Positions 10,820-19,937 of a stretch of DNA of 64,000 nucleotides are shown here, in pieces. Origin of the DNA: Candidatus Levyibacteriota bacterium. GTDB taxonomy: Bacteria; Patescibacteriota; Microgenomatia; Levybacterales; UBA12049. Each line of letters opens with the position of its first letter. The first letter of the stretch is position 1. The translations under genes and the position numbers were made by a program. Under the pieces are notes generated by a model. The model made no database searches, had not been told where the DNA came from, and saw only the letters and a program-made list of their open reading frames with translations. The stretch lies in NCBI GenBank assembly GCA_041906785.1, contig JAYRIM010000014.1, positions 3,215-67,214 on the forward strand, given 5' to 3'.

Positions 10820-11950
10820 ATGCCCGAAAATGATCTTGATATACAAGCTTCTGATATTTCATCCGTACAGAATAATCCAGCTAAGAAAAAAAGAATAAGC
10901 AGTGGTTGGATTGTTTTTCTGACAGTATGTCTTTTCACGTTAGTGGTTTTTTTGGGTTTTTTCCGATTTTTTCCTCCAACTGTGAGTAATTCTGTTAGTA
11001 GAAAACTTAATTCTGTAGAAACCGTATCTCCAACACCGATGCCTTTTAGAGAACTGACGATTCCATATCTGCGAGAAAGAGAGTATACAAGTTCCTTCGA
11101 AGAAGAAACGTTACTTTCAGAAAATGAGTCGTATACAACGTATCTTACAGAGTATACCTCTGATGGTTTACGAATAAACGCATTACTGACAAAGCCGAGA
11201 GATGAAATACCAGAAGGTGGATGGCCGGCGATTATATTTGTTCATGGGTATATTCCTCCGTCTACCTATGAAACAAATGGCCAGGCGTATTCGTCATATG
11301 TTGATTATCTCGCACGTAATGGATTTGTAGTGCTTAAAATTGATTTACGTGGCCATGGAGAGTCTGAAGGGGAAGCGGGGGGAGGATACTATGGTTCTGA
11401 TTATGTCATAGATACGCTTAATGCATATGCAGCTTTACAAAACACTGCATTTGTAAATCCGAGAAAAATAGGAATGTGGGGGCACAGTATGGCAGGAAAT
11501 ATATTGATGAGGAGTTTTGCTGCGAAACCTACAATCCCAGCAATCGTTATATGGGCTGGAGCTGTATATTCATATACAGATATGCAGAAATATGGTATTC
11601 AGGATACGAGTTACCGGCCGCCAATGCCTACGACGAACACGAGAAGTCAAAACATGAGACGTAAAATGTTTGAAACGTATGGTAGTCCGAGTGCTACAAG
11701 CCCGTTTTGGAAACAAGTTGCGCCTATAAATTATCTAGATGACCTTAAAGGTGCCATTCAGATTCATCATGCTGTTGACGATTCAGTAGTCAATATCGGT
11801 TATAGCAGAGATTTAGTAACATTATTAAACGAAACTCAAGTAGAACATGAGTTCTATGAGTATACAAGTGGAGGGCATAATATTTCAGGAGAAAATTTTA
11901 CCATAGCAATGGACAGAACTGTAGATTTCTATAAAGCCTATCTTCAATAG
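10820..11950 (+). CDS. Membrane-anchored alpha/beta hydrolase (S9 peptidase-like)
   Basis: GHSMAG nucleophile elbow, DLRGHG, D..V and GGH triad residues. Confidence 0.85.
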   Translation: MPENDLDIQASDISSVQNNPAKKKRISSGWIVFLTVCLFTLVVFLGFFRFFPPTVSNSVSRKLNSVETVSPTPMPFRELTIPYLREREYTSSFEEETLLSENESYTTYLTEYTSDGLRINALLTKPRDEIPEGGWPAIIFVHGYIPPSTYETNGQAYSSYVDYLARNGFVVLKIDLRGHGESEGEAGGGYYGSDYVIDTLNAYAALQNTAFVNPRKIGMWGHSMAGNILMRSFAAKPTIPAIVIWAGAVYSYTDMQKYGIQDTSYRPPMPTTNTRSQNMRRKMFETYGSPSATSPFWKQVAPINYLDDLKGAIQIHHAVDDSVVNIGYSRDLVTLLNETQVEHEFYEYTSGGHNISGENFTIAMDRTVDFYKAYLQ

Positions 11951-11980
11951 TTTCTACAATGAATGGTGGCGAGTACACAA

Positions 11981-12727
11981 TTAATCTAAATAAGGGAGTT
12001 CTCCAGGAGAGTCTGGATGCTTTCTTAAAAAAAGCAAACCTTTTTTTAGATAATTCTGTAAAGGAGAAACGATTGCTTTATGTTCTATTCCTTTTCTGTT
12101 TAGATTATTCATCCACCCATCGACTGGAACATTAAAATGAGTTTGTAAATAATCAAATGAAGGTGTCTCTAAAAGGATCATGCCACCTTCAGGGTGTAGC
12201 ATTCTCCACATTCTGGCTAGTGTGATTCTATAATACCAGTTATTTACAGGTATGTGGTACATCCCAGCATCGCTTCGAGACATAATAAGATGTGCGTGAT
12301 CAGGATGTAACAAATCATCAATTTTTCTAAAAGAATCTGGTTTATTCATATCAAGTGGTAGCATGTCTATTCCTAAAGATTTATCAGCAATTTTATCTTC
12401 CTCTATGCGAGTATCTTCATAACCTATCGCGATGCCTCGTTTGGTCTGTTGGGGTAATCTTTTTAAGAGAGATCGGACAGCATAAGTTGGGGAAAGGAAA
12501 TCCATCACTACAGGTTTTTGTTGTGCAGCTAAATAATACATTATACTTTCTTGAGGTATCAGTTCTTTAAATTCATTCATATAATCATCAAAGGAACTAT
12601 AAAAAGTGGCCCAGTGTGCATCAAGGACTCCACGCCTTGGTTTTTTGCCTTTAGCTTCATATGCTGCGAGCTGTCTTTGAGCGTCGTGAATGTGATACCG
12701 TAATCGCGAGGTAAGGCTTTGTGACAT
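11981..12727 (-). CDS. Hypothetical protein, possibly a degenerate class I SAM methyltransferase fold
   Basis: VMDFLS.. / LIMS / MLHPEGGMILL resemble Rossmann MTase motifs but lack the GxG motif. Confidence 0.5.
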   Translation of the reverse strand: MSQSLTSRLRYHIHDAQRQLAAYEAKGKKPRRGVLDAHWATFYSSFDDYMNEFKELIPQESIMYYLAAQQKPVVMDFLSPTYAVRSLLKRLPQQTKRGIAIGYEDTRIEEDKIADKSLGIDMLPLDMNKPDSFRKIDDLLHPDHAHLIMSRSDAGMYHIPVNNWYYRITLARMWRMLHPEGGMILLETPSFDYLQTHFNVPVDGWMNNLNRKGIEHKAIVSPLQNYLKKGLLFLRKHPDSPGELPYLD

Positions 12728-12908
12728 AGAAAATTAAGTTCAACAGATATATTATAGGATGTCAATGTAATGCATAAAAAGTAGAGTTTTATACAAATTA
12801 TTTATTAGTAGAAAAAAGTACATATCAGGTATTAAATTGGAAATTACTAACTGCTTTTTTTATAAAATTTTCAGCTGATTTTCAGCTCTCCTGGTATAAT
12901 CTGTGCAT

Positions 12909-13583
12909 ATGAGAATACTCGTGGTAGAAGATGAACATAAAATCGCTCATGCAATTAAAAAAGGATTAGAACAGGAACGGTATGCAGTAGATGTCGTATA
13001 TGATGGCGTTGATGGTCTCGACTATGCTTCGACTGAAGAGTATGACCTTATTATTCTCGATGTTATGTTGCCTGGAATGGATGGTATAGAATTTACAAAA
13101 CAGCTTCGCGGTATGCAGAAACATACGCCCGTTCTTATGCTTACAGCGAGGGGACAGACTGAAGATAAAATAAAAGGGTTAGATACAGGTGCAGATGATT
13201 ATATAACGAAACCTTTTGCTTTTACAGAGCTTGTGGCCAGAGTACGAGCTTTACAACGACGTCCGAGAAAAACAACAGGAACACAACTTTTTATAAAGGA
13301 TTTAGCATTAGATCCTGTGAAATTTGAAGTTACCCGAAATGGAGAATATATAAAGTTATCACAAAAGGAATTTGCTCTATTGGAGTATTTAATGAGACAT
13401 GCAAATCGTATTATTACAAAAGACCAAATTATCCAACATGTGTGGAATTATGATGCGAACGTTCTACCGAACTCTGTTGAGGTATATATCAAACATTTAC
13501 GAGATAAAATCGATAAACCCTTTTCTAACAAACCGAACTTAATCCATACAGTACGGGGATTTGGATATAAAATAGGTAATTAA
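12909..13583 (+). CDS. OmpR-family response regulator
   Basis: VVEDE, LDVMLPG, GADDYITKPF, TVRGFGY. Confidence 0.95.
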   Translation: MRILVVEDEHKIAHAIKKGLEQERYAVDVVYDGVDGLDYASTEEYDLIILDVMLPGMDGIEFTKQLRGMQKHTPVLMLTARGQTEDKIKGLDTGADDYITKPFAFTELVARVRALQRRPRKTTGTQLFIKDLALDPVKFEVTRNGEYIKLSQKEFALLEYLMRHANRIITKDQIIQHVWNYDANVLPNSVEVYIKHLRDKIDKPFSNKPNLIHTVRGFGYKIGN

Positions 13584-13680
13584 AAAATAAAATATAAAAA
13601 TGAAAAAAGATAAGGATTATATTTATAAAAATAATTCCTTATAACATTTTTGACTTTTCACTTTTCTTTTTTATTTTTTT
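13584..13680. repeat. Periodic A-rich/T-rich inverted-arm element filling the regulator-kinase gap
   Basis: aaaataaaatataaaaatgaaaa...ataagga pairs with tccttat...ttttcacttttcttttttattttt. Confidence 0.5.
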
Positions 13681-13683
13681 ACA

Positions 13684-14694
13684 ATGTTTCATTCTGCACG
13701 ACTTACATTAACTGCCTGGTATTTGGCTATCATCATGGCCATCAGTATACTATTCAGCTTAGTAATTTATGTGAATGTTAATAATGAATACCGCCAGCTA
13801 GAGCATTTAGAAGATATTATTGCAGAGCGAAGAATGCATGGTTTGCCAATTCCTCGCCAGCTTAATCGTTCCTGGATAGATCCACAATTAATTACTGAAG
13901 CACGTTCACGTTTCATTTCTCGTCTCATCTTAGTTAATGTATTTATTTTTGGTGTTTCTGGGGTTGCAGGATATTTTCTCGCTGGCAGAACATTACGTCC
14001 TATTCAAGAAATGGTTGATGAACAGCAGCGTTTTATTGCAGATGCATCTCATGAATTACGTACACCTTTAACATCTTTACGGTCTGAAATAGAGGTGGGG
14101 TTACGGAATAAGAAATTAACCACACATGAATCAAAAGCCTTATTAGAAAGTAATTTAGAGGAAGTAATACAGTTGCAGAGATTATCAGATAGTTTATTGG
14201 AGCTGGCTCAGGCGGAAAAACGTTCTAGTAGGTTACAGTTTGTGAAAATTTCGTTATATGATTGCATAGATGTAGCCATTAAAACATTACATGGGTCATT
14301 AAAAAAGAAACAGATAACTGTTGAGAAAAAAGGGACTAATGTATCTTTCGTCGCAGATTATGCTAGGTTAGTGGAGCTTTTCGTTATTCTTCTGGATAAT
14401 GCTTTGAAATATAGCGCAGAGAAGAGTGTGATTAAAGTGGAAGGGAAATATGTAAAAGACCATGTTGAAATGTATGTCATAGATGAGGGATATGGTATAG
14501 AAGATTCTGAATTACCACATATTTTCGACAGATTTTATCGTTCCAATAAATCGCGTTCAAAGGAACAGATTTCAGGATATGGGTTAGGATTAGCGATCGC
14601 AAAGAAAATAGTCGAAGATCATAATGGACAGATATCAGCTAAAAGTACGATTAATAAGGGAAGTACATTTATTATAAAATTACCTAGAAAGTAA
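13684..14694 (+). CDS. Sensor histidine kinase
   Basis: 2 TM helices; DASHELRTPL; DNALKYS; GYGLGL. Confidence 0.94.
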   Translation: MFHSARLTLTAWYLAIIMAISILFSLVIYVNVNNEYRQLEHLEDIIAERRMHGLPIPRQLNRSWIDPQLITEARSRFISRLILVNVFIFGVSGVAGYFLAGRTLRPIQEMVDEQQRFIADASHELRTPLTSLRSEIEVGLRNKKLTTHESKALLESNLEEVIQLQRLSDSLLELAQAEKRSSRLQFVKISLYDCIDVAIKTLHGSLKKKQITVEKKGTNVSFVADYARLVELFVILLDNALKYSAEKSVIKVEGKYVKDHVEMYVIDEGYGIEDSELPHIFDRFYRSNKSRSKEQISGYGLGLAIAKKIVEDHNGQISAKSTINKGSTFIIKLPRK

Positions 14695-14745
14695 AAAAAA
14701 GATTCCCTATAGACATTCTGTTTTTTTTGCTATACTGAAGTACAC

Positions 14746-15309
14746 ATGGCCGCATACCATTTCGTCAGCGATACACACCAACGATTAAAGGTGCTTATTA
14801 TTGAGCGTTTACCATGGTTGCTTTTGGGATTAGTAGGTGGGACAGCTGCTTCATTCCTCGTATCTCATTTCGAAGAAATTCTCCAGCAGAATATTCAGCT
14901 CGCATTTTTCGTTCCTATGATCGTCTATATGTCAGATGCAGTAGGGACACAAACAGAAACAATTTTCGTTAGAGATCTTACAGAACACAGAGCGAATTTT
15001 TATAAGTATTTATGGAAGGAATTTTATATTGGTTTATCATTGGGGGTTATTTTGGGTGTACTTATTGGTTTGATTGCATATCTGTGGCTTCGTGATAGTT
15101 TAATTGCCTTAACTGTTGGAGTCGCTATGCTTGTAAATGTCGCTATCGCACCTATGCTTGCGATTATAATCCCAGAAGCATTATTTAAAGAGCACCGGGA
15201 TCCTGCATTAGGTGCGGGTCCGTTTACGACAGTCGTTCAAGACTTTGTCAGTTTACTCGTGTATTTTGTGGTGGCGACAGTTATTATCTGGCATAGAGTT
15301 ATTTTTTAA
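14746..15309 (+). CDS. MgtE-type Mg2+ transporter membrane domain (stand-alone)
   Basis: ERLPWL, DPALGAGPFTTVVQD. Confidence 0.85.
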   Translation: MAAYHFVSDTHQRLKVLIIERLPWLLLGLVGGTAASFLVSHFEEILQQNIQLAFFVPMIVYMSDAVGTQTETIFVRDLTEHRANFYKYLWKEFYIGLSLGVILGVLIGLIAYLWLRDSLIALTVGVAMLVNVAIAPMLAIIIPEALFKEHRDPALGAGPFTTVVQDFVSLLVYFVVATVIIWHRVIF

Positions 15310-15631
15310 TCGGTTTCTTCTTTGGTTTCCATTGGGAGATTGTTAGATCAACCCGATCTTGAATAAATGTTACTCCTTCTTCTATTAGTATTTTCTTTTT
15401 TTTGCGAACTCCTCCAAATGCATAGCCTGCGAGTTTTCCGTTTGCAGCGACGACTCGATGACAGGGAATGATTTCATTATCGGGATTTTCTTTCATACAG
15501 AGACCGACAGCTCGTGCGGCTCCTGGATGACCTATGAGATTTGCTATTTGGCTATAGGTAGCTACTTTTCCCGCAGGGATGTTTTTAGCAAGAGCATAGA
15601 CTTTATAGCGAAAAGTATATTGGATTGTCAT
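15299..15631 (-). CDS. MGMT family O6-methylguanine-DNA methyltransferase domain protein
   Basis: IPAGKVATYSQIA, ARAVG, IPCHRVV active site. Confidence 0.9.
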   Translation of the reverse strand: MTIQYTFRYKVYALAKNIPAGKVATYSQIANLIGHPGAARAVGLCMKENPDNEIIPCHRVVAANGKLAGYAFGGVRKKKKILIEEGVTFIQDRVDLTISQWKPKKKPIKK

Positions 15632-15872
15632 GCTTTAGTTTAATTCGGGTTCTGTCATTCGTTTGGTATACAGTGCTCGTTCTAGTCTCGCATTTTTTAA
15701 AAATTTAAGGAGGCAGCGAACGAACTGCGCGCTGTATACCTTCACTTCATGCCACCGGAATTTTTATATTTACCTTGAGTATAAAAAAAGAAACAGACTT
15801 TGTCTAATCTATAGTAGGAGATACATATTTTAAGCATTTTTTCAGATAGCTTTTATAGAGTATACATTGGAG

Positions 15873-15943
15873 AAAGCGAAGACCGCTTTCGCTAAAGCTA
15901 TAGCGACCGAAGAGTGCCTTCGTTAAAACTATGGCACTCGAAG
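15873..15943. repeat. Tandem REP-like palindromes (ttcgctaaagct family)
   Basis: gaccgctttcgctaaagctatagcgacc and gagtgccttcgttaaaactatggcactc; related copy at 24831-24868; both lie directly before GGAGGTGA. Confidence 0.65.
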
Positions 15944-15956
15944 GAGGTGAATAAAT

Positions 15957-16433
15957 ATGAAGAAGCAATTGTTAGTTCCCATATTAGCAGTGACTACAGC
16001 AGGTACCGTTCTGTTTGGCGTTCATACTCTCTATGCGCAAACTCCTGAGACATCGTCGCTCGTCTCGAGAATAGCACAAAAATTTGGTTTAAAGGAAAGT
16101 GATGTTCAGTCAGTTTTCGATGAGTATCGAGATGAGCGTCATAAAGAAATGGAAGCGCGCTTTGAAGATAAACTGACTCAAGATGTAACAGATGGAAAGA
16201 TCACAGAATCGCAAAAACAGGCTATTTTATCGAAAATGAAAGAGCTGCAAGAGAAGAAACAATCGAACATCGATGCATGGAAAGATATGACTCCTGAGCA
16301 GCGAAGAGATGCGATGAAGAAAGAACGTGATGAACTAAAGAAGTGGGCAGATGATCAAGGAATTGATCTAAGCCTCATACATTTCGGGATGAAAGTTCAC
16401 GGAATGAGAATGATGGGTAAAATGATGAATTAA
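15957..16433 (+). CDS. Exported helical hypothetical protein (YckD/DUF2680-like)
   Basis: Signal peptide; V.DGKIT..Q motif; strong SD AAGGAGGTGA. Confidence 0.7.
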   Translation: MKKQLLVPILAVTTAGTVLFGVHTLYAQTPETSSLVSRIAQKFGLKESDVQSVFDEYRDERHKEMEARFEDKLTQDVTDGKITESQKQAILSKMKELQEKKQSNIDAWKDMTPEQRRDAMKKERDELKKWADDQGIDLSLIHFGMKVHGMRMMGKMMN

Positions 16434-16449
16434 GTTTGTCTGGTTTTAG

Positions 16450-16480
16450 AAAACACCCTCGATTCGTTCGGGGTGTTTTC
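16450..16480 (+). terminator. Intrinsic terminator
   Basis: aaaacaccctcga-ttcg-ttcggggtgtttt. Confidence 0.7.
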
Positions 16481-16519
16481 GTAGAAAAACATGCAATATA
16501 ATTTGGTACTATAATATTT

Positions 16520-16804
16520 ATGCAATTCTACGTATATATAGTGGAGTGCAATGATGGTACTTACTATATAGGAAAAACTTCAGATCTTCGAAAAAGGTTG
16601 TTAAAACATAATAAAAAACTACCTGGGGGAGCTAAATATACTCGAACAAGAAATCCTGTAATACTTGTATATTACGAACAATATATATTACATAAATTTG
16701 CAATGCAGCGGGAGTTCAGATTAAAACAATTCTCAAGAAAGAAGAAAGAGGAACTCGTCAATGGTTTTACTGCTTGTTTTTTAGATTTTAATTCTTATTC
16801 GTGA
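16520..16804 (+). CDS. GIY-YIG nuclease (UPF0213/YhbQ-like)
   Basis: YVYIVECNDGTYYIG, HN...GAKYTR, RE..LK. Confidence 0.88.
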   Translation: MQFYVYIVECNDGTYYIGKTSDLRKRLLKHNKKLPGGAKYTRTRNPVILVYYEQYILHKFAMQREFRLKQFSRKKKEELVNGFTACFLDFNSYS

Positions 16805-17184
16805 AGTACTTCTGGTAGGGGTTGGTCTTTTGGGATAAATTTGATTGATAGAGAATTTACACAGTGACGTGTGTTCTTATCTGTTAAATATTCACCCCCG
16901 AACACATGGCCGAGGTGGCCTCCACAATTCGCGCATTGGATCTCAGTTCTTCGTCCGTCTAGATCAGCTAAACGTTTTACTGCATCGGGAAAATTTTCAT
17001 CGAACGCTGGCCAGCCGCAATGAGCTTCGAACTTGGCCTTCGATGAAAAAAGAGGATTATTACATTGTCTACAGATAAATGTACCGTCGACAAAGAAGTT
17101 ATCATATTCACCAGAGAAAGGAGGCTCTGTGCCTTTGCCTTTTACTACCATCATTTCTTCCTGGTTCAGTTTGTTATATGGCAT
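16795..17184 (-). CDS. msrB: Methionine-R-sulfoxide reductase
   Basis: GTEPPF, CRQC, GWPAF, CANCGGHLGHVF, RHCVNS. Confidence 0.93.
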   Translation of the reverse strand: MPYNKLNQEEMMVVKGKGTEPPFSGEYDNFFVDGTFICRQCNNPLFSSKAKFEAHCGWPAFDENFPDAVKRLADLDGRRTEIQCANCGGHLGHVFGGEYLTDKNTRHCVNSLSIKFIPKDQPLPEVLHE

Positions 17185-17189
17185 AAAGA

Positions 17190-17549
17190 TTAAGCGACAG
17201 TGGAAATACTAAGTTGTTTTTCTATTCGGCCCAGGCGTTTCCGTTGATCCATTTGTTCTCGGTCGAGCAAATCAAGCATACTATCTTGGTCCTTTTTTAG
17301 TGATTTCAACATTTTACTGTGACCTTCAAGCGTTCTGGTATGACCTTCAAGTATTCTGGTGTGACTTTCCAATATTCTCGTATGACTTTCAAGTGTTCTT
17401 GTATGGCTTTCAAGTAACTTAGTATGGTTTCCAAGGATTTTAGTATGACTTTCAAGAATTTTTCCATGATTTTCTAGCTGTTTATGAATAGGCGCTAATT
17501 TTTCGTCAAGTAATTCTGAAATTTGTTGGAGATCATTGGTGTTTCTCAT
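17190..17549 (-). CDS. Coiled-coil protein with His-containing heptad repeats
   Basis: Seven L-[EG]-x-H-x-[KR]-x heptads encoded by 21-nt tandem repeats. Confidence 0.75.
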   Translation of the reverse strand: MRNTNDLQQISELLDEKLAPIHKQLENHGKILESHTKILGNHTKLLESHTRTLESHTRILESHTRILEGHTRTLEGHSKMLKSLKKDQDSMLDLLDREQMDQRKRLGRIEKQLSISTVA

Positions 17550-17640
17550 TGTTTACTAGTTGTAGCATAGATTCTTATATTTTGTCTATAAGGATGTTAA
17601 GCTTTTGAGCTTTATTCTTATTGATTCTATGTCCCATAGT

Positions 17641-17669
17641 TTGACAAGCGCTTAAGAGTTTGATATTCT
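17641..17669 (+). promoter_or_regulatory. Sigma70 promoter of stem-enclosed cassette 1
   Basis: TTGACA-17 nt-TATTCT with extended TGn. Confidence 0.7.
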
Positions 17670-17867
17670 TCACATGACATTTGAAGAGATATAAGGCGTT
17701 TGCGCTGAAATATCTTTTCTTATGTTATTTTTTTCTCTTGCACATTGATAGTTCGTTACTGTAATACCGCCAGTTAGGAAAACAATAAGCTTTTTGATAA
17801 CTTGTTTCTCTTACGGGCGGTATTATTAACATGGGCTCAAGGAGCCCTCTCACGAAAGGAGTTCGCG

Positions 17868-18494
17868 ATGTTGTCTTCAGCTTTCTCGCTCGTAAGTCAT
17901 CTCAAGGAGAAGGCTCGGCGGGTCCGTAAGACGTCCTGGCACTTCAAGGTCGTCGAGAGCCTTTGGGGCCACCGAGTGTGGCATACAAAGGCATGCAAGT
18001 ACTGGTGGATAATGGTGCCGACGTCACTCTTCGTCCTGGGACTGGTGTACCTGATCGGCGGCATCATGTACACGGTAGGCTTTCTCCTCGGCTACGCGCC
18101 GAGGCCGGAAAGCAAGAAGTACAGCTCGAGCGACGATCGGATGTTCATGCCGCACGGCGAGTTGCCTAGTGGCCGGAAATGGCCGTGGTATATCCAGCCG
18201 TGGTTTATGCTGGCTGTCTTCGCGGTTTTCTGGTTTGCCGTGAGTTTCCCGGAAACCTTCTGGTGGACAGTTGGCTGGATCGTGAAGATTGTGGTCGTGG
18301 TCGTCCTGGTCGGCTTCGTCGTCTACTTGCTCGGGAAGGGCTGGAACCTTCCTGGCTTCCGCGCCGGCCGACGGACGGTCCGCCGGCAGATCTCGGGAGT
18401 CTGGGACAAGGTCTGTCCCAGTCTAGTCGTCGTTCAGAACGGCGACGATCGAGTAAACGATACTCACGCCGAAGAGTACGACTACGACGACTAG
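17868..18494 (+). CDS. GC-rich orphan membrane protein (Trp-rich, about 3 TM), cassette 1
   Basis: SD AAGGAG at 17856-61 before ATG 17868; hydrophobic segments; GC far above flanks. Confidence 0.75.
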   Translation: MLSSAFSLVSHLKEKARRVRKTSWHFKVVESLWGHRVWHTKACKYWWIMVPTSLFVLGLVYLIGGIMYTVGFLLGYAPRPESKKYSSSDDRMFMPHGELPSGRKWPWYIQPWFMLAVFAVFWFAVSFPETFWWTVGWIVKIVVVVVLVGFVVYLLGKGWNLPGFRAGRRTVRRQISGVWDKVCPSLVVVQNGDDRVNDTHAEEYDYDD

Positions 18495-18541
18495 CGTCTG
18501 GCTCACAAGTAACGAACAACATCATATGTCCGCAAGAGAAC

Positions 18542-18579
18542 GCCCCGGCAGTACCCACTGACCGGGGCTTTCTCGTTTT
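18542..18579 (+). terminator. Intrinsic terminator of cassette 1
   Basis: gccccgg-cagtacccactga-ccggggc followed by tttctcgtttt. Confidence 0.8.
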
Positions 18580-18589
18580 ATGTGTAGTT

Positions 18590-19114
18590 CTATTTATCTG
18601 GGATAAATTTGAGTGCTATAGAATTCATGCAATACCGTTTTCCTGTCGGCGTAGGACCATCATCAAAAACATGACCTAGATGATTACCGCATTTGTCGAG
18701 TACTTCAATTCTTGTTAAGCCCAGTGTCGTATCTTCACGCAGAACCAACGCGTCTTCTGTAATAGGTGCCCAGAAACTCGGCCAGCCAGTTCCAGAATCA
18801 AATTTCTGTTCAGAGCGGAAAACTGGTTCATTACAGCCAACACTATAATATGTCCCTTTTCTTTTTTCATGATTTAATTCTCCAGTAAAAGGAATTTCAG
18901 TTCCTTGCTCCCGAAGAATATGATATTGTTCTGGAGTTAATAGCTTCTTCCATTCTTCATCAGTTTTTATTTTCGTTTTATCGAAAGAGCCAGAGATTAT
19001 TTTTCCTTCTTGTATTGATGAATCTGAGATTGTTTGCTTATCTTTTTTTATGAATATAAAAGATAGAATAGAAAGTATACAGATAAAACCTACTAGAAGT
19101 AATTTTTTATTCAT
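18590..19114 (-). CDS. msrB: Membrane-anchored/exported methionine-R-sulfoxide reductase
   Basis: N-terminal TM; GTEIPF, SGTGWPSF, HLGHVFDDGP, RYCMNS. Confidence 0.9.
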   Translation of the reverse strand: MNKKLLLVGFICILSILSFIFIKKDKQTISDSSIQEGKIISGSFDKTKIKTDEEWKKLLTPEQYHILREQGTEIPFTGELNHEKRKGTYYSVGCNEPVFRSEQKFDSGTGWPSFWAPITEDALVLREDTTLGLTRIEVLDKCGNHLGHVFDDGPTPTGKRYCMNSIALKFIPDK

Positions 19115-19460
19115 ATAGTAATAGTTTAAGTTTACTTATTTAAAGAGAATTATACCTCTCCGCTTCAGATTTGCAATTAGTTTTGGATAAATCTGAAGCT
19201 ACGGGTATAATACGCTATTTGTAAATCTAAGTAAAAGGAGTATAGTCAAAACTTTATTGCTACTCTCTTTAGATTTATTTATAATCCAATTGCTGAAAAG
19301 AATAACGGAGAATGTTTGCATTCTTAATCGTTGTTTGATCGGCATTACCTTACTTGTAAACTATTCGAGAAGTGAAGGGGAGAGAGAGGAGAGATATGAT
19401 TTCTTTTCTCTTTCCCTCACTTCTCACTCGGGGAAGTGAGTATAAGAAAGAGGACTTCCG

Positions 19461-19682
19461 ATGGCACGTACGAAGCTTCAACTCACTGATGAGCAGCTTT
19501 GGGCTCTGCGCTTCTGGTTTCCAGAAGCTAAAGACAAACGTGAGATGCAGGTTTTAAGGGTTACAAGATCCAGACGGAAGAATACCGAGCAGACACATCT
19601 GAGAGTAGTGATGGCGAAGCCAGAAGGAGTAATACTCTATCTGAATACTTTAACATTAGCTGTCTCTGAAGTGCCAGCATGA
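19461..19682 (+). CDS. Small basic orphan protein, cassette 2
   Basis: SD-like AAAGAGGA upstream; followed by a terminator. Confidence 0.65.
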   Translation: MARTKLQLTDEQLWALRFWFPEAKDKREMQVLRVTRSRRKNTEQTHLRVVMAKPEGVILYLNTLTLAVSEVPA

Positions 19683-19701
19683 CTCTATCGCGAGTAAGGA
19701 T

Positions 19702-19733
19702 AGGCACCCGTCCCCGGGTGCCTTCGTCGTTTT
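19702..19733 (+). terminator. Intrinsic terminator of cassette 2
   Basis: aggcacccg-tccc-cgggtgcct followed by a T-rich tract. Confidence 0.75.
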
Positions 19734-19937
19734 CTACCTTTTTCCTCTTGCATCTCCGATATATAATACGCCTAAGGTAAATCCATTATCATTCGTCAAA
19801 GTCTGGGACGAGGGCGTTCCAGATCGAAGACGAAAGATCTTTGACAAGGAAGGAGAGATATCCCCACAACCACACAATTGAATACGCTTCTATCAACTGA
19901 GTAAGTCGTTAACTTAGTCCAACAGGAGAGGACACTA

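Noticed and set aside
17963-18679. Alternative-frame and antisense ORFs in the GC-rich cassettes (also 20342-20680 and 23067-23596)
   Set aside because: These are expected from stop-codon scarcity at high GC; they have no SD, and some are Arg-rich shadow translations.
19841-19870. TTGACA as the -35 of a promoter for cassette 3
   Set aside because: No -10 hexamer at 16-18 nt spacing; the sequence is read instead as part of the transcribed leader.
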